From: Octopus vulgaris
Lineage: Eukaryota
DNA length: 64,000 bases
Assembly (NCBI GenBank): GCA_951406725.2
Contig: OX597838.1
Span: forward strand, 558,001-622,000
Reading direction: 5' to 3'
Each line of letters opens with the position of its first letter. Position 1 is the first letter of the stretch. The position numbers and the translations under genes were made by a program. Positions 43,773 through 55,541 of the stretch are shown one piece after another. The notes below the pieces were generated by a model. That model searched no databases, was not told the DNA's origin, and saw only the letters and a list, made by a program, of their open reading frames with translations.

Positions 43773-44228
43773 ATACTTCCACCTTATTGTTCTTCCTAAT
43801 GTTGTTGTTTTTGTTGCTCGTGCTGGTTGCCGCCGTCATCGACCGAGAGGTGGCGCTGTTGGTGAAATCAGCTTTACGGTCTTCTAACTCTTGCCTTCTC
43901 CTCATCGCTGCTACTTTCTCATCTCTAATCTTGTTATTGCTATTGTTGTTGCTGCTGTTGTTGTTATTGTTAATGGTGGTGGTGTTGTTGTTGTTATTGT
44001 AGCAGTCCAAGTCGAGACCGAAGAACATCACCATTTCGCTCGCTTCTTTCTCCATCCGAAACTCGCTTATTTCTACACAGTTTTTGCTGCTGTTCTTGTT
44101 GTTGTTGCTGTTGTTGTTGTTTCCTCGACAATCGCAGACTCTGTTATTATCGTCGATTTTACTTTTATCGCCGATCTCGTTTATCTTCTCGTCGTCAACG
44201 CGTTTTCTATCGCATCTTTTGATACTGC

Positions 44229-44260
<32 letters not shown>

Positions 44261-45713
44261 TTGTTGCTGCTGCTGCCGTTATTGATGTTGTTGCGGTTCC
44301 TTGTTTTTGTTTGTTTCGTTCTAGTAGCAGTAGCAGTAGTAGTAGTAGTAGCAGTAGTAGTAGTAGTAGTAGTAGTAGTAAGTTCAGTGGTGACTGTAGT
44401 GTTAGGTTCAGCTGTGAAATTAGTTGTTTGTGTTAAAGTGTTATTAAACCCATCCCTAGATGTGCCATCATCATCACCATCGTCATCATCGTCACCATCG
44501 CCGTCATCGTCACCATCGCCGTCATCGTCAGCGTCATCGTCAGCGTCATCGTCAGCGTGGTGGTCGTCATGTGCAGTGAAGAGGCTGTCGTCACAGTTGT
44601 TGGCAGGCAGCGCGGCTGCACCTCCATTGATGTTGTCTAAACAGGCTCGGTTACAATAGCAGCGAGGAGGAGGAGGAGGAGGAGGAGGAGTGGTGTGTTG
44701 CTGGAGTCGATCGGGTTGTTGTGGTTTCGCTTCCACTTGGCATCGGCAATCCAAAGTTGTTACCTTTCTCATTGAAGGCAAAGAAGGGGAGGAGGTAACG
44801 ACAGTGTTTCTGACGGTGGTGCCGCAGTGGCTACGAAGAACCAGAGGACGGATAACGCCAGATGGATTACCACTGGAGTTCAGTGCTCTTACTACGACTA
44901 CTACTACTACTATTACCATCGCCGCCGCCACCACCACCACCACTACTTCTGCCACCACAGTTGTTGTTGTTGCCAACACTACAGCTGACTTGAAAGCCAT
45001 TAACAACTGTTTTATATCCGACTCCTCTTCAGCAGTTTGTATCTTTTGTTTGTAGCCATTGTTGTTGTTGTTGTTGTTGTCGTCGAAGTAATAATAATAA
45101 TAGTAAAAGTAATGGTGGTGGTAGTCATAGCCTCGATCACTATAGAAGCGACCGTTAGTAGTAGTAGTAAGATAAGGTGGTGGTGGTGGAGCCAGTTTTT
45201 TGCTTTGGTGGGGAAAGGAGTAGTGAAAGGCTTTAATTACCAGCTTCACTGCAAGACTTCCTAATTCTGGTTGCCAGAGGCAGGAGGCTGAGGATGAAGA
45301 TCTTTGTAGAGAATATAATGGCAAAGATGGTTGTGCCAGGGGTGGCGCTGGTGTGGCTGCCGTCTCTGGCTGCCATCCTGAACACTGGGATCTTCTCAGT
45401 TTTGATGATGTCAGCATTTCTCTTCGAGTTTGGTCACTTTTAACTGGCAGCCATTTGTTCCTGTATTCTTCCCTGGAGATTCCACTTTGTGTAGTAAATT
45501 CTTCGACCATTCCCTTTCTTTGTCTATTCCATTTTAGTTCTGCCAGCACTTTTTTTGTCTCTTCTATCCCACCCTTTGTCTCATCTACCCGTTTAAACTT
45601 CACAAACAACACTTTTCCACTAAACAACTCACCACAACTTTCATCATCGCCTAACGTTTCCCTTTTCAACATTTTTCTCCGACAGCGCGCTTTTTCTGCT
45701 CTGCTGCTGCTGC

Positions 45714-45777
<64 letters not shown>

Positions 45778-46431
45778 TGCAGCTGTGGTCATGGTGGTGG
45801 TGGTGGTGACGATATTTCTATTAATATTATTGTCTGCTTTTATAAGTGTCAAAGAGTGAGTCGGTTTACCATCAGCGACGTCTCGGTCGCCTTTGCCGCT
45901 GTTCATGTGGCTTCTGTTGCAATAGCCATCAGATCGAGATAACGTATTCGAGCTCTCTTCATGCGTATCCCATATCTCGGAAGCAATGGTCAGAGCCGGA
46001 CCCATAATACCATTTACAATGACACCGCTATCTCTACTTACTATGATTCTGTCTTCAGAATCAAGCTTACCAATGTCCGATTCTTGCAGCATCTGGTCGT
46101 CAAAGAAGAGAACTCTATGATGACCTGAAAGATACAAATGTTTGTTGGTGATATGTAAGTGACAATGATCATGATGAAGAGGATGATAAAGACGAGGAGG
46201 ATGAAGAGGTAGATGATAATTATGATGATGGTGAAGACGATAAAAACGTGAATGCCAACTTTGTGGAGAATTAACTATTTTAATCTCATCATTTGGTCCG
46301 TTTTTACCAATCATTGTCCAGACATTGAACATTGCAGCTTTAGGTTCCATTGTTCCGTCAATTGCAGCGATCGGATCGATTAATCTTCCTGTTTTTGGTG
46401 CTATTTTCTTCGGCAAAGAAGCCAACTGAGG
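42850..46431 (-). CDS. Long open frame (1194 codons) contiguous with the MMP signal-peptide exon; low-complexity, probably disordered N-terminal extension (first ATG at 46350, context acaATGG)
   Basis: ORF track 42697..46425 has no stop. It contains poly-N/S/T/D/P/V/H/Y runs, all from trinucleotide repeats, and no dinucleotide repeats, unlike the flanks. No recognisable folded domain. Confidence 0.6.
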
Positions 46432-47709
46432 CTAAGGTGGAGACGACGATGGAGGCGTTGAGGTCGGGGAAGTCAACAAGGAAGTTGGCGGCGGCGGTGG
46501 TGGTGTTGTTGGTGGTGGCGGTGTTGGTGGAGGTGCTGTAGGCAACGGAGATAATGGAATTTCAGAGGCGAGTGAAGAAGGAGGCGGGTAGAGTGAAGAG
46601 GGAGAGATAGATGAAGGTGATCCCGGAGAAGAAGAAGCAGACGAAGAGAAAAACCCCGAAGAGGAAACATTGAAAGTTGGTAAGAGCATGCGTGACAGGA
46701 TATTGTTGGTTCTAAAGCGTTGATTTATTGCTTTTGGCGAAGATGGCGCTTTCTCTGATTGCTGGGTCGAGTTCAAAACAGGCACAACGAGTGGAGTATT
46801 GGAGCGAAGCGACGAAGTGACTTGTTGAAGTTGTTGTTTCTGCGGTTTTGGTGAGTCGTCGGTCGGTATAGGTGTTCCATCATCGCTTCGTAGAGTTGAA
46901 TTTGTGTTGGAGTCAGAAGCAATCACCTTCAAAGCATGAGTCAGTTGATAATCGAAAGAGCGTCGTTGATCAATTGATGAAGCGTGTGTGGCGTCAGGCA
47001 GAGCGGAGGAAGTTGTTGGCGGTGTCGGTTGGTGTCCGAGTGAAGGAGCATGTTCCGGGGGTTCGCCTTTAACTGCTGTGTCAGAAGATGGCAAGAATGC
47101 AGGAAAGCAAGAAGACATTGTCTGCGACGATGCCGAGCCGGTTGTTTCGAGTGACGGATGAGATGATGGAGATATCAACGAAGAAGACATTGATAAAGGC
47201 ATTGATGGCGGCGACGTGGTTGACGGAGTCGCAGGAGAATTCAACGAGAACGACGAAGGACATGGACTTGACCTTGATGTCAAAGTTGATGAGGTGAAAG
47301 GTGACGAAGTTTTCTTATCGATCGAGACTAGTTGCGATAGTGACGGAGGTTTCCGCTTGCTGAGGGGTAATGTTGGAGAAGGCGCGGCTAAAAGCGTTGC
47401 TGACTCCTGAATTGAGGCCCCGGTTGATGGACGGGACGCGGATTCCGCATCGCTATGAGCTGACCCCGAATCACCAGTCGGGTTTTCAAGGACACTTGAG
47501 GAAGATACTGAGTCACGCCCAGAATCAGAACCAGGTTCCTGCTTACCCAAATTCTTCACTTGCATTTCACACTTGGAATCCTGTTTAAACTCCTCTTCCG
47601 CTCTATAATCGACTTTCAGTGTTACAGTCACAGCCCCTTCATCGACCAATTCGCCGACGCTATTTTCGGTTGCCGTGGAAACCGTCCGATCTAGACAGGA
47701 GGACGCCAT
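46432..47709 (-). CDS. 425-aa Ser/Pro/Thr-rich ORF in the same frame as the downstream long ORF, separated from it only by one TAG
   Basis: Starts in strong context gaaaagATGGCG (A at -3, G at +4) and ends ...CCA CCT TAG CCT CAG TTG GCT. The codon phase continues into ORF 42697..46425. Confidence 0.6.
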   Translation of the reverse strand: MASSCLDRTVSTATENSVGELVDEGAVTVTLKVDYRAEEEFKQDSKCEMQVKNLGKQEPGSDSGRDSVSSSSVLENPTGDSGSAHSDAESASRPSTGASIQESATLLAAPSPTLPLSKRKPPSLSQLVSIDKKTSSPFTSSTLTSRSSPCPSSFSLNSPATPSTTSPPSMPLSMSSSLISPSSHPSLETTGSASSQTMSSCFPAFLPSSDTAVKGEPPEHAPSLGHQPTPPTTSSALPDATHASSIDQRRSFDYQLTHALKVIASDSNTNSTLRSDDGTPIPTDDSPKPQKQQLQQVTSSLRSNTPLVVPVLNSTQQSEKAPSSPKAINQRFRTNNILSRMLLPTFNVSSSGFFSSSASSSPGSPSSISPSSLYPPPSSLASEIPLSPLPTAPPPTPPPPTTPPPPPPTSLLTSPTSTPPSSSPP

Positions 47710-48178
47710 CTTTTCGAGCCGCTGGGTTTTGCTCAGATTGAACTACTGGAAGAGAATTATTCTGTTATCCTTTCGTACCCCTGCCCAAACCAAACTTCCC
47801 TATTTTCTTTATTCCACCCCTTTTTATCTCACAATGTCTTATTACAGTTTTTGTTGTTAGCGTTGTAGTTTTTATTTTTTTCTTCGGTTTTTCTGTCTGT
47901 CTTTTTTTTTTTATATATATTTTGTCGTTTCCCTAAATTTCAGGTTTTAGTCTTTCGATGACTGGTTGTGAGAATGGATGATGTGGTTGATAAGATCGCC
48001 AATCAAACGAGGTGCTCTACAGTCTTCCCCTCCTCCTCTTCGATCACCTCCAATAACTAACAGAAAATCACTTCTTCCCTCTTTGATGTTTAAAAGGATT
48101 TTTCTGGAAAGAAAAGAAAAAAAGAAAAAAAGTTAATAAAATTTCAAAACCGAAAAAAGGAAGTATGTGATTGTTTGC

Positions 48179-48251
<73 letters not shown>

Positions 48252-48823
48252 GATGACTGTAATTCCTGCTGCATGACCGGCGATATTTGATCCCCGATTT
48301 AGTGTTCGATAGTCCCTGGTCAGACAGAAGTAAGTTCTAGAGTCGATAACATTGACTAAAACTTACAAAGGCGTTGATCCAGTGTGACAACAATCCCATG
48401 ACTAACACCAATAACGATTATATACACACCCACTCACAAACCTACAGGCTCGCGGGCGTGAATGTAAACGCCAGTGTGTGTGTGTGTATTATACAAACTT
48501 GGATACACAATTGCAGGATGGGTGACGTAAGCAGGTGCTGGCCCCACCTGCTTATAATGTACTGAATGTTGGAGTGAAGAGAGGTGGACGAGGAGCCCCA
48601 TGTGCTCTCACCCCATATCTTCTACTCGTCCTTTTCATCCTCCACCCCACTACGCCACCTACCCGAGCCTGCCATCATCTACCCTGACTCACCTCCCCTT
48701 CCACCTCCCCCCTCCCCCCACCAATCACTCTTCAAACCTCGTCACCACACACAATACAAACATTGGCCTTTCTGTCTTCTTTGGGTATGTGTATGTGTGC
48801 ACGTATGTATGTATATATGTATG

Positions 48824-48857
<34 letters not shown>

Positions 48858-48921
48858 TGTATGTTTGTATCTATCTATCTATCTATCTATCTATCTAGAT
48901 AGATAGATAGATAGATGATAA

Positions 48922-48978
<57 letters not shown>

Positions 48979-49077
48979 AGACAGGCAGACAAATGACTAA
49001 ACACACACGCATACTTAAGTGTATGTGTGTGTGAGTAAGAATTCATAAACACACACACACACATATATATATATATA

Positions 49078-49484
49078 TTTCTTTATTGGTAAACATAGAG
49101 GGGATAAACAAGAACAGGTAAAGGGATTAAGTCAATTACATCGACCCCAGTGCGTAACTGGTACTTATTTAATCAACCCCGAAAGGATGAAAAGTAAAGT
49201 CGACCTCGGCGTAATTTGATTGAACTCAGAACATAAAGACAGACGAAATACCTATTTCTTTACTACCCACAAGGGGCTAAACACAGAGAGGACAAACAGG
49301 GACATACAAACGGATCAAGTCGATTATATCGACCCCAGTGCGTAACTGGTACTTATTTAATCGACCCCGAAAGGATGAAAGGCAAAGTCGACCTCAGCGG
49401 AATTTGAACTCAGAAGGTAACGGCAGACGAAATACTGCTACGCATTTCGCCCGGCGTGCTAACATTTGTGCCAGCTCGCTGCCT
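49078..49484 (-). mobile_element. tRNA-derived SINE family B (Meta-domain-like), tandem/dimeric copy
   Basis: Minus strand: ggcagcgagctggc...gagttcaaattccgctgaggtcgactttgcctttcatcctttcggggtcgattaaataagtaccagttacgcactggggtcgat, with the body present twice. The gcctttcatcctt..ggtcgataaa..agtacc block resembles the MetaSINE conserved domain. Confidence 0.85.
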
Positions 49485-50402
49485 ATATTTATATATTAAA
49501 ACATACATACATACATACATACATACATACATACATACATACATACATGTGTGTATATGTGTATGTATGTATACTTACATCAGAATTTTGTCATTAGAAA
49601 TGGGAAAAAGGGCAAAAAACTAAATAAAGAATTGGTTATTTTTCATGCAGTCGAGTATCATAATATTCATGGCAGCTTATAGTATTGGTTACTGACAAGG
49701 CTTCAGGAATTCCTGTCTTGGAGGTTCTTGAAGTTATTCAAATTAACTTGAATAACTTTGGGCATCGTTGTCAGTAGTCAATACTTTTAGTTTTAACGCA
49801 CACACACACACACACGCGCACACACACACGCACACACACATACATACACATATTTGTATACACGTATGTATGTATGTACGTGGGTTTGTGTGTTTACTCG
49901 AATTAAAACGAACCTTGACTGACTAGCAGACTTGATATTTATATAGAATCTGAGATTTATTTTAATTTCTATTATAATTTCTGTGTATGTATTTGTATTT
50001 ATCCGATGTCGGTTTACCGGCTCCCAAAGATGGTCCTTTTCAGTAAAATCATGACTGGGGGTTAGGCTTCATATACTTCTCAGACTTCTTTTTTATGATC
50101 ATCTGAAGCGGGGTCTCATTTTATGCGGGGTCCCTCCCAATCGGTTGCAGTCCTTGGAGTAGAGGGCTCTGAAACCGAATGCAGAAGACTGCACGAAAAG
50201 AAATAGAGATGTAGTCATCAATCCCCTGCAGGTGTTCCTCCGGGTCACTTTGGATGCCCCCGGTTTCACAGGACCTGCCTATCTTGTGTCGGTCATGCCA
50301 ACCACGTCTGCTTCCACGAGAAACAATTTACTGGGGCGGAGGAGGATGAATGTCTTGAGTCGACGCTGCCAATCACTTTTGATAGGCCGTCATAAGATAA
50401 GA

Positions 50403-50572
50403 AGACACACACACATACGATGGGCTTCTTCCAGTTTCCATCTACCAAATTCACCCACAAGGCTTTGATTGGCCCAAGGCTATAGAAGACACTTGCCCAA
50501 AGTTCTACGCAGGGGCCTGAACCCGAAACCATGTGATTGGGAAGCAAACATCTTATCACACACGCACACCTG
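50403..50572 (-). mobile_element. SINE family A, 5' half
   Basis: tacgatgggcttcttccagtttccatctaccaaattcacccacaaggctttg...gaacccgaaaccatgtgattgggaagc. Confidence 0.82.
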
Positions 50573-50632
50573 CCCCTTATATATATGTGTGTGTGAGTGT
50601 GTGTGCGTATACGTGGGTGGGGAGAGACAGAG

Positions 50633-50688
<56 letters not shown>

Positions 50689-50915
50689 TCGGATAAGAAT
50701 AATCCACAAAAGAAAAACTTAATTTAACAAGTGAAAATATTCATTATTCTTAATTATCTTTTATATTCTTAAAAAAACGATGGCCAGAAGTTACAAACCT
50801 GGTTGCCTCCGTTGAGGCAAAAGTCGTAACATGAGGCCATGTCGTAGAAAGACAAGAATACGGCTTGTATGTGGATGTGTGCGTGTGTTATTTTTGTGCT
50901 TTCATGTTTGGATTA

Positions 50916-50982
<67 letters not shown>

Positions 50983-51108
50983 CTTAGATAAAACTTAGAT
51001 ATGTTTCGACCAGAGATTGGTCCAGGCCATGTCTAACTTAATAGCACCACCTGAATATATATATATATATAAATGGAGTTGAACGAAGATGTTAACAAAA
51101 TTCCTTTA

Positions 51109-51190
51109 CCCTCGACATATGTTTCGAAGACAACATGGTTTTATTCCAAAGGAATAAACGGTGCAAGATGCAGTCTTCTCATCAGGAAAG
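51109..51190 (-). ncRNA. Type I hammerhead ribozyme in the PLE pseudo-LTR
   Basis: Reads ctttc-CUGAUGA-GAAGAC..GUCUUC-GAAA-CAUAUG-UC|gaggg. The core is intact, stem II is 6 bp with a long insert, stem/loop III is the palindrome ACAUAUGU, and stem I has G-U pairs. Confidence 0.75.
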
Positions 51191-52439
51191 AAAGGGAGCC
51201 TCTCTCAACAACAAGACAAAACAATAATTGCGATGACTGCCTACATGGTAAACAAAACGATAAGTGTTTAAAAAAAAACCGTCAGTAGAATTGACGTCAA
51301 AGTTAGATAGTAGGAAGAGAAGGGTTAAAGGAATAATAAGTAGGGAACAAGTAGAGAGGGAGGGGTACGTTGATTTAAAGAATGTTTAAAGGCTTAGGAA
51401 AGAATTTCTCTATTGAAGTGGAGTGCACGTTAAGCTAATTGTTCAAACTATAATGACTATCGAAATCATTTATATGAGTAAAAAGTATGTTTCTGCCAGT
51501 GTTTACATTTGTTACAAGGGGATCCTTAGAGAAGAGAATATGGAAGAGTTCAGAGTTGCAAATGTTACAAATTCTCCTGCCCTTATCAAAAGGAAAGGAT
51601 ACAAACAGTATGAACCAATCTAACTTAAAATCTATATTATTGTCTTTAAGACGCCAAACTAATTTACTTAGCCCTGTACTATGTCGTTTTTTACTATCCC
51701 TAAATGATGAATAATGGTTTGAAATTCTCTCGGATAACTGGGAAGTGGACGCACCTATATGGAAGAAGACATCGGTACCGGAAGAAATTTTACACTGGGA
51801 AATATAATTCTTAATCTCGGTTGTCCTCCGAGATCGAAACGAAGTTTTATTGCTATGATTGTTGTTACTATTATTATTACCACCACCAACAACACTATTC
51901 CTATTAATATTAGTATTATTATTGGTAATACAACTAATAATACCATCAACAATAATACCGTTATTATTATTACTATTAACATTACCATTGTTATTAACAC
52001 GACTATTACTATTATTATTATTATCATTGTTATCACTATCACTACTACCATTACTATTATTATTGATACTATTCTTCTTATTATAATTGTATGAGGGGTT
52101 GGAATTAGCAAGATTAATGCTGGAACTCCCGAGTGAAGAACCTTTATTTAGCAGCTTGGTATTGTGAGAAGATATAATTTGTGAAAGATTCTAACTATGT
52201 GGGAATTGATAATAGAATAATATCTAGAATTTTGGGGAAAGTTCTTAGCAACAGCTTCACGGAACTGTAAGGGAAGGTTCGATTTAATTTGTTTTCCGAA
52301 AAGTATTACGAATCAGATACATTTCTTAGTGACTTTTGAATCATACGTAGTGTTATTTGTAAAAGTAAGGGAAAAATTTCTGGGTTGGAAATTTGGGGTT
52401 AAATGGCGCTTACCTCCCCTCTTGAGAGAGGCTCCCTTT

Positions 52440-52522
52440 CTTTACTGATGAGAAGATTGCATCTTGCACCGTTTATTCCTTTGGAATAAAACCATGTTGT
52501 CTTCGAAACATATGTCAAGAGT
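52440..52522 (+). ncRNA. Type I hammerhead ribozyme, second (inverted) copy in the PLE
   Basis: CTGATGA at 52445-52451, GAAGA..TCTTC stem II, GAAA at 52505-52508, ACATATGT palindrome, GTC cleavage triplet at 52514-52516. Stem I is less well paired than in the other copy. Confidence 0.65.
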
Positions 52523-52832
52523 AAAGGAATTTTGTTAACATCTTCGTTCAACTCCATTTATTTATATATTCATATATAACACACAAATTTCTGCACATGA
52601 ACCCGGAGTTTCTACCCTTGGACAGGTCGCTTCAAGCGTGTTTCTGGCGTGAATTTGCTACCCTGGTATCGGTTCATCGAATTTTCCATGTTGACGGTAA
52701 ACATAGGATAATTCATTCACCTATCGATATATATATATATATATATACATCATACGTACATACACGCACACACATGTATGCGTGTCTGTATGTATCTATG
52801 TATGTATATGTATATGTGTATATATAATATAA

Positions 52833-52938
<106 letters not shown>

Positions 52939-53257
52939 TATATGTATGTATATAAGTCAGGGGTAGAATCGGCTGAGCACCTGACAAATTAATTCGTGGT
53001 ATTGTCACACTCCACCTCACTTTCGCTGTGAATTCCTCCAGATATATATATATATATATATATGTGTGTGGGTTTATATATGTGTTTATGCGCATGCGCG
53101 CGTGAGTGTACGTTTGGATGCTTACAGCAATATTATATTATACGTGTTAAATAAATAATTGTGCCTGTCTGTATGTGTGCGTATATGTGTGCATGTGTGT
53201 CAGTGTATTCACACATTTAATATACACATACATGCACACACACATGTTTGTATGTAC

Positions 53258-53313
<56 letters not shown>

Positions 53314-53779
53314 ATGTATGTATGTATGTATGTATTTGTAGAATGGCTGAGACTTTCATATTGGATATATGATATATACATTTGTGAAGAAGCGTATATA
53401 TGTGTGCGTTTGAATGGGTTATGCGTGTGAAAGTATTGTGTTGAGTAGAAAATAAGGAAGTGAAAGACGAGAAACCCCCAGCGACTTTATTGGACTGGGA
53501 GGGGAGGGGCATTGTGGGAGGGGTGGGGGATGAGTAAGAAGGTGGTGGTGGTGGTGGAGATTTTGTGGGGTCGTTGACCTGCAGACCAAACACAACAGAT
53601 CTATATGGAACTATTGTTCGAGAGAGATTGTTATGTGCCGGGGACTGGTGTGAAATCCAGTGGAATACGGTGAGACATTTTTTGGACCCTTGTCCATGCT
53701 TTGAACCTTGGAAATATTTTCGATAACTCAGTTCTTCTAAGCATAAATAGGTACAATGATGAAGTACATCTTGCATGTC

Positions 53780-54020
53780 CGAGCCGGTAAAATCGGTAAC
53801 ATACCGGACGAAATGCCGCTAAAATAAGTACCAGTCAAATACTGGGGTCAATGTAATCGACTTACCCTCTCCTCCGAACTTGCTGGCCTTGTGCTAAAAT
53901 TTGAAATTGTTATCAGTTGTAGTATTATTTACATTCTGAGTTCAAGTTCCGCCGAGTCAACTACGTCTTTCATCCTACCAAGGTCGATAAAATAAAGTAG
54001 CAGTTATACACTGGGGGACT
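53780..54020 (+). mobile_element. SINE family B fragments
   Basis: aaataagtaccagtcaaatactggggtcaatgtaatcgac and ttctgagttcaagttccgccgagtcaactacgtctttcatcctaccaaggtcgataaaataaagtagcag. Further decayed copies are at ~54385-54460 (-) and ~63460-63625 (-). Confidence 0.7.
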
Positions 54021-54086
54021 GTCTTATATCTTCTCTCTCCTGAAAAATAAAACATTCTGCCTATACTAAATGTTATGACGCATCAT

Positions 54087-54128
<42 letters not shown>

Positions 54129-54851
54129 TATCATATTCGTTGTCATCGTCGTCGTCGTCACAATTTTCACTATGACTGTAACAGTGAAGTTTCTCCAAAA
54201 CTGGGTATTTGGATCCACTTATTGTTCCAAATGCCCCCTTCTCTAATTATCTCCCTCGTGTCATCAGTTCGTCCAGTGACCCCTGGCTATTTTTCTCTTC
54301 CCTTGCTTCGGAACCTAAAGAGACGAAAGCAAATACCAATAGATATTTGTCCCACACTAACAGGTCTATCCAATCATTACTCATATACTTCATTTTATTG
54401 ACCCTGGGGGGATGAAAAGCAAAGATAACCGTGACGAGATTTGAACCCAGATCGTAGAGACCCGGAAAATAATACCACGAGATATCTTATCTGATACTTC
54501 AATAGTCCTAGCCTTCATCGGCAGAAACTTAACGATACACTTTGAATCAAAAGTAGCAGCAGTAGTAGCAGCAGTAGTAGTTGTAAAGAGGTGAAGAGGT
54601 GGGGGTGTCATTTAATTAAAATATATTTGATATTAGAGAAGGGGAAATAGAGTGACTTGTTACAAGTTAATCCTCTTGAATCATGTCTGGTGACATAACT
54701 AAAATTGTCAACAGATGTCCACCTTCTACATACACCATACACACAGTATACACACACACAAATACAGACACAGCTGCATACATACATACATACATACATA
54801 CATAATAGTTACATACATACGTATGTACATACATACGTATGTACATACATT

Positions 54852-54887
<36 letters not shown>

Positions 54888-55494
54888 GAGAGAGAGAGAA
54901 AGAGAGAGGCAGAGAGAGAGAAAGAGAGAGGCAGAGAGAGAGAGAGAAAGTATATGTTCCACACACACACACGCCACACCCACACTATACATATACATAT
55001 ACGAACACACGCACACACATGCATACGCACACACAGTAACAATACCAACAGACAACAATAACAAAATCACGAGATTCTGCGTCTGTATTTTATCAGTCAC
55101 AATATCGTGTATATGCAAAGGGGTGGAGATGAGTGTACACACACACACACACACGCGCATACATACATACATTTTATATAGTGAAATATATGTGCCTGTG
55201 TATAGAGTACAGCTTCACTTATGTAATACAGTGACTTGAAAATTTTTAATTAACTGATATCGTCGTTGCAATTAGTAAACAGAAACTCCCTCGAGGTTGT
55301 TTCTGTTTACTATCTGAAAACAACAAACAATAAGAGAAAACACGACAAATATAAATTAATAATCCTAAATCGATGCAGATACAAGTGGATGCTGACTTTA
55401 AAACTGAATGGTAGAAAGAATGGTTATGTTTCGGCGTTATTCCATCTCCTCAGTGGAGCACATTCATCTCAGTTGTCCGGACATAAAAGTGATG

Positions 55495-55541
<47 letters not shown>

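Larger units (their letters stand above)
51070..52560 (-). mobile_element. 5'-truncated, degenerate Penelope-like retroelement (PLE) with inverted pseudo-LTR arms and a GIY-YIG endonuclease remnant
   Basis: 139-bp inverted arms at 51070-51208 and 52422-52560, flanked by TA-rich sequence. Minus strand ~51480-51830 reads NYISQCKISSGTDVFFHIGASTSQLSERISNHYSSFRDSKKRHSTGLSKLVWRLKDNNIDFKLDWFIL...GRRICNICNSELFHIL, matching the PLE GIY-YIG pattern YIG..R..NH..SF...ST.LSK..W.LK...W.I...C..C..E. Minus strand ~52230-52320 reads I*FVILFGKQIKSNLPLQFREAVAKNFP, like the PLE RT-EN linker. Confidence 0.85.

Noticed and set aside
43080-45859. Plus-strand ORFs antisense to the long ORF
   Set aside because: Shadow frames of triplet repeats. 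They are short, discontinuous and lack independent support.
50980-51045. Hammerhead-like half motif (GACCA..TGGTC GAAACATATC on the minus strand)
   Set aside because: The CUGANGA core is absent.
55420-55460. CTGAGGA...CGAAACAT on the minus strand
   Set aside because: Stem II pairs poorly and there is no UH cleavage site or stem I; chance or heavily decayed.
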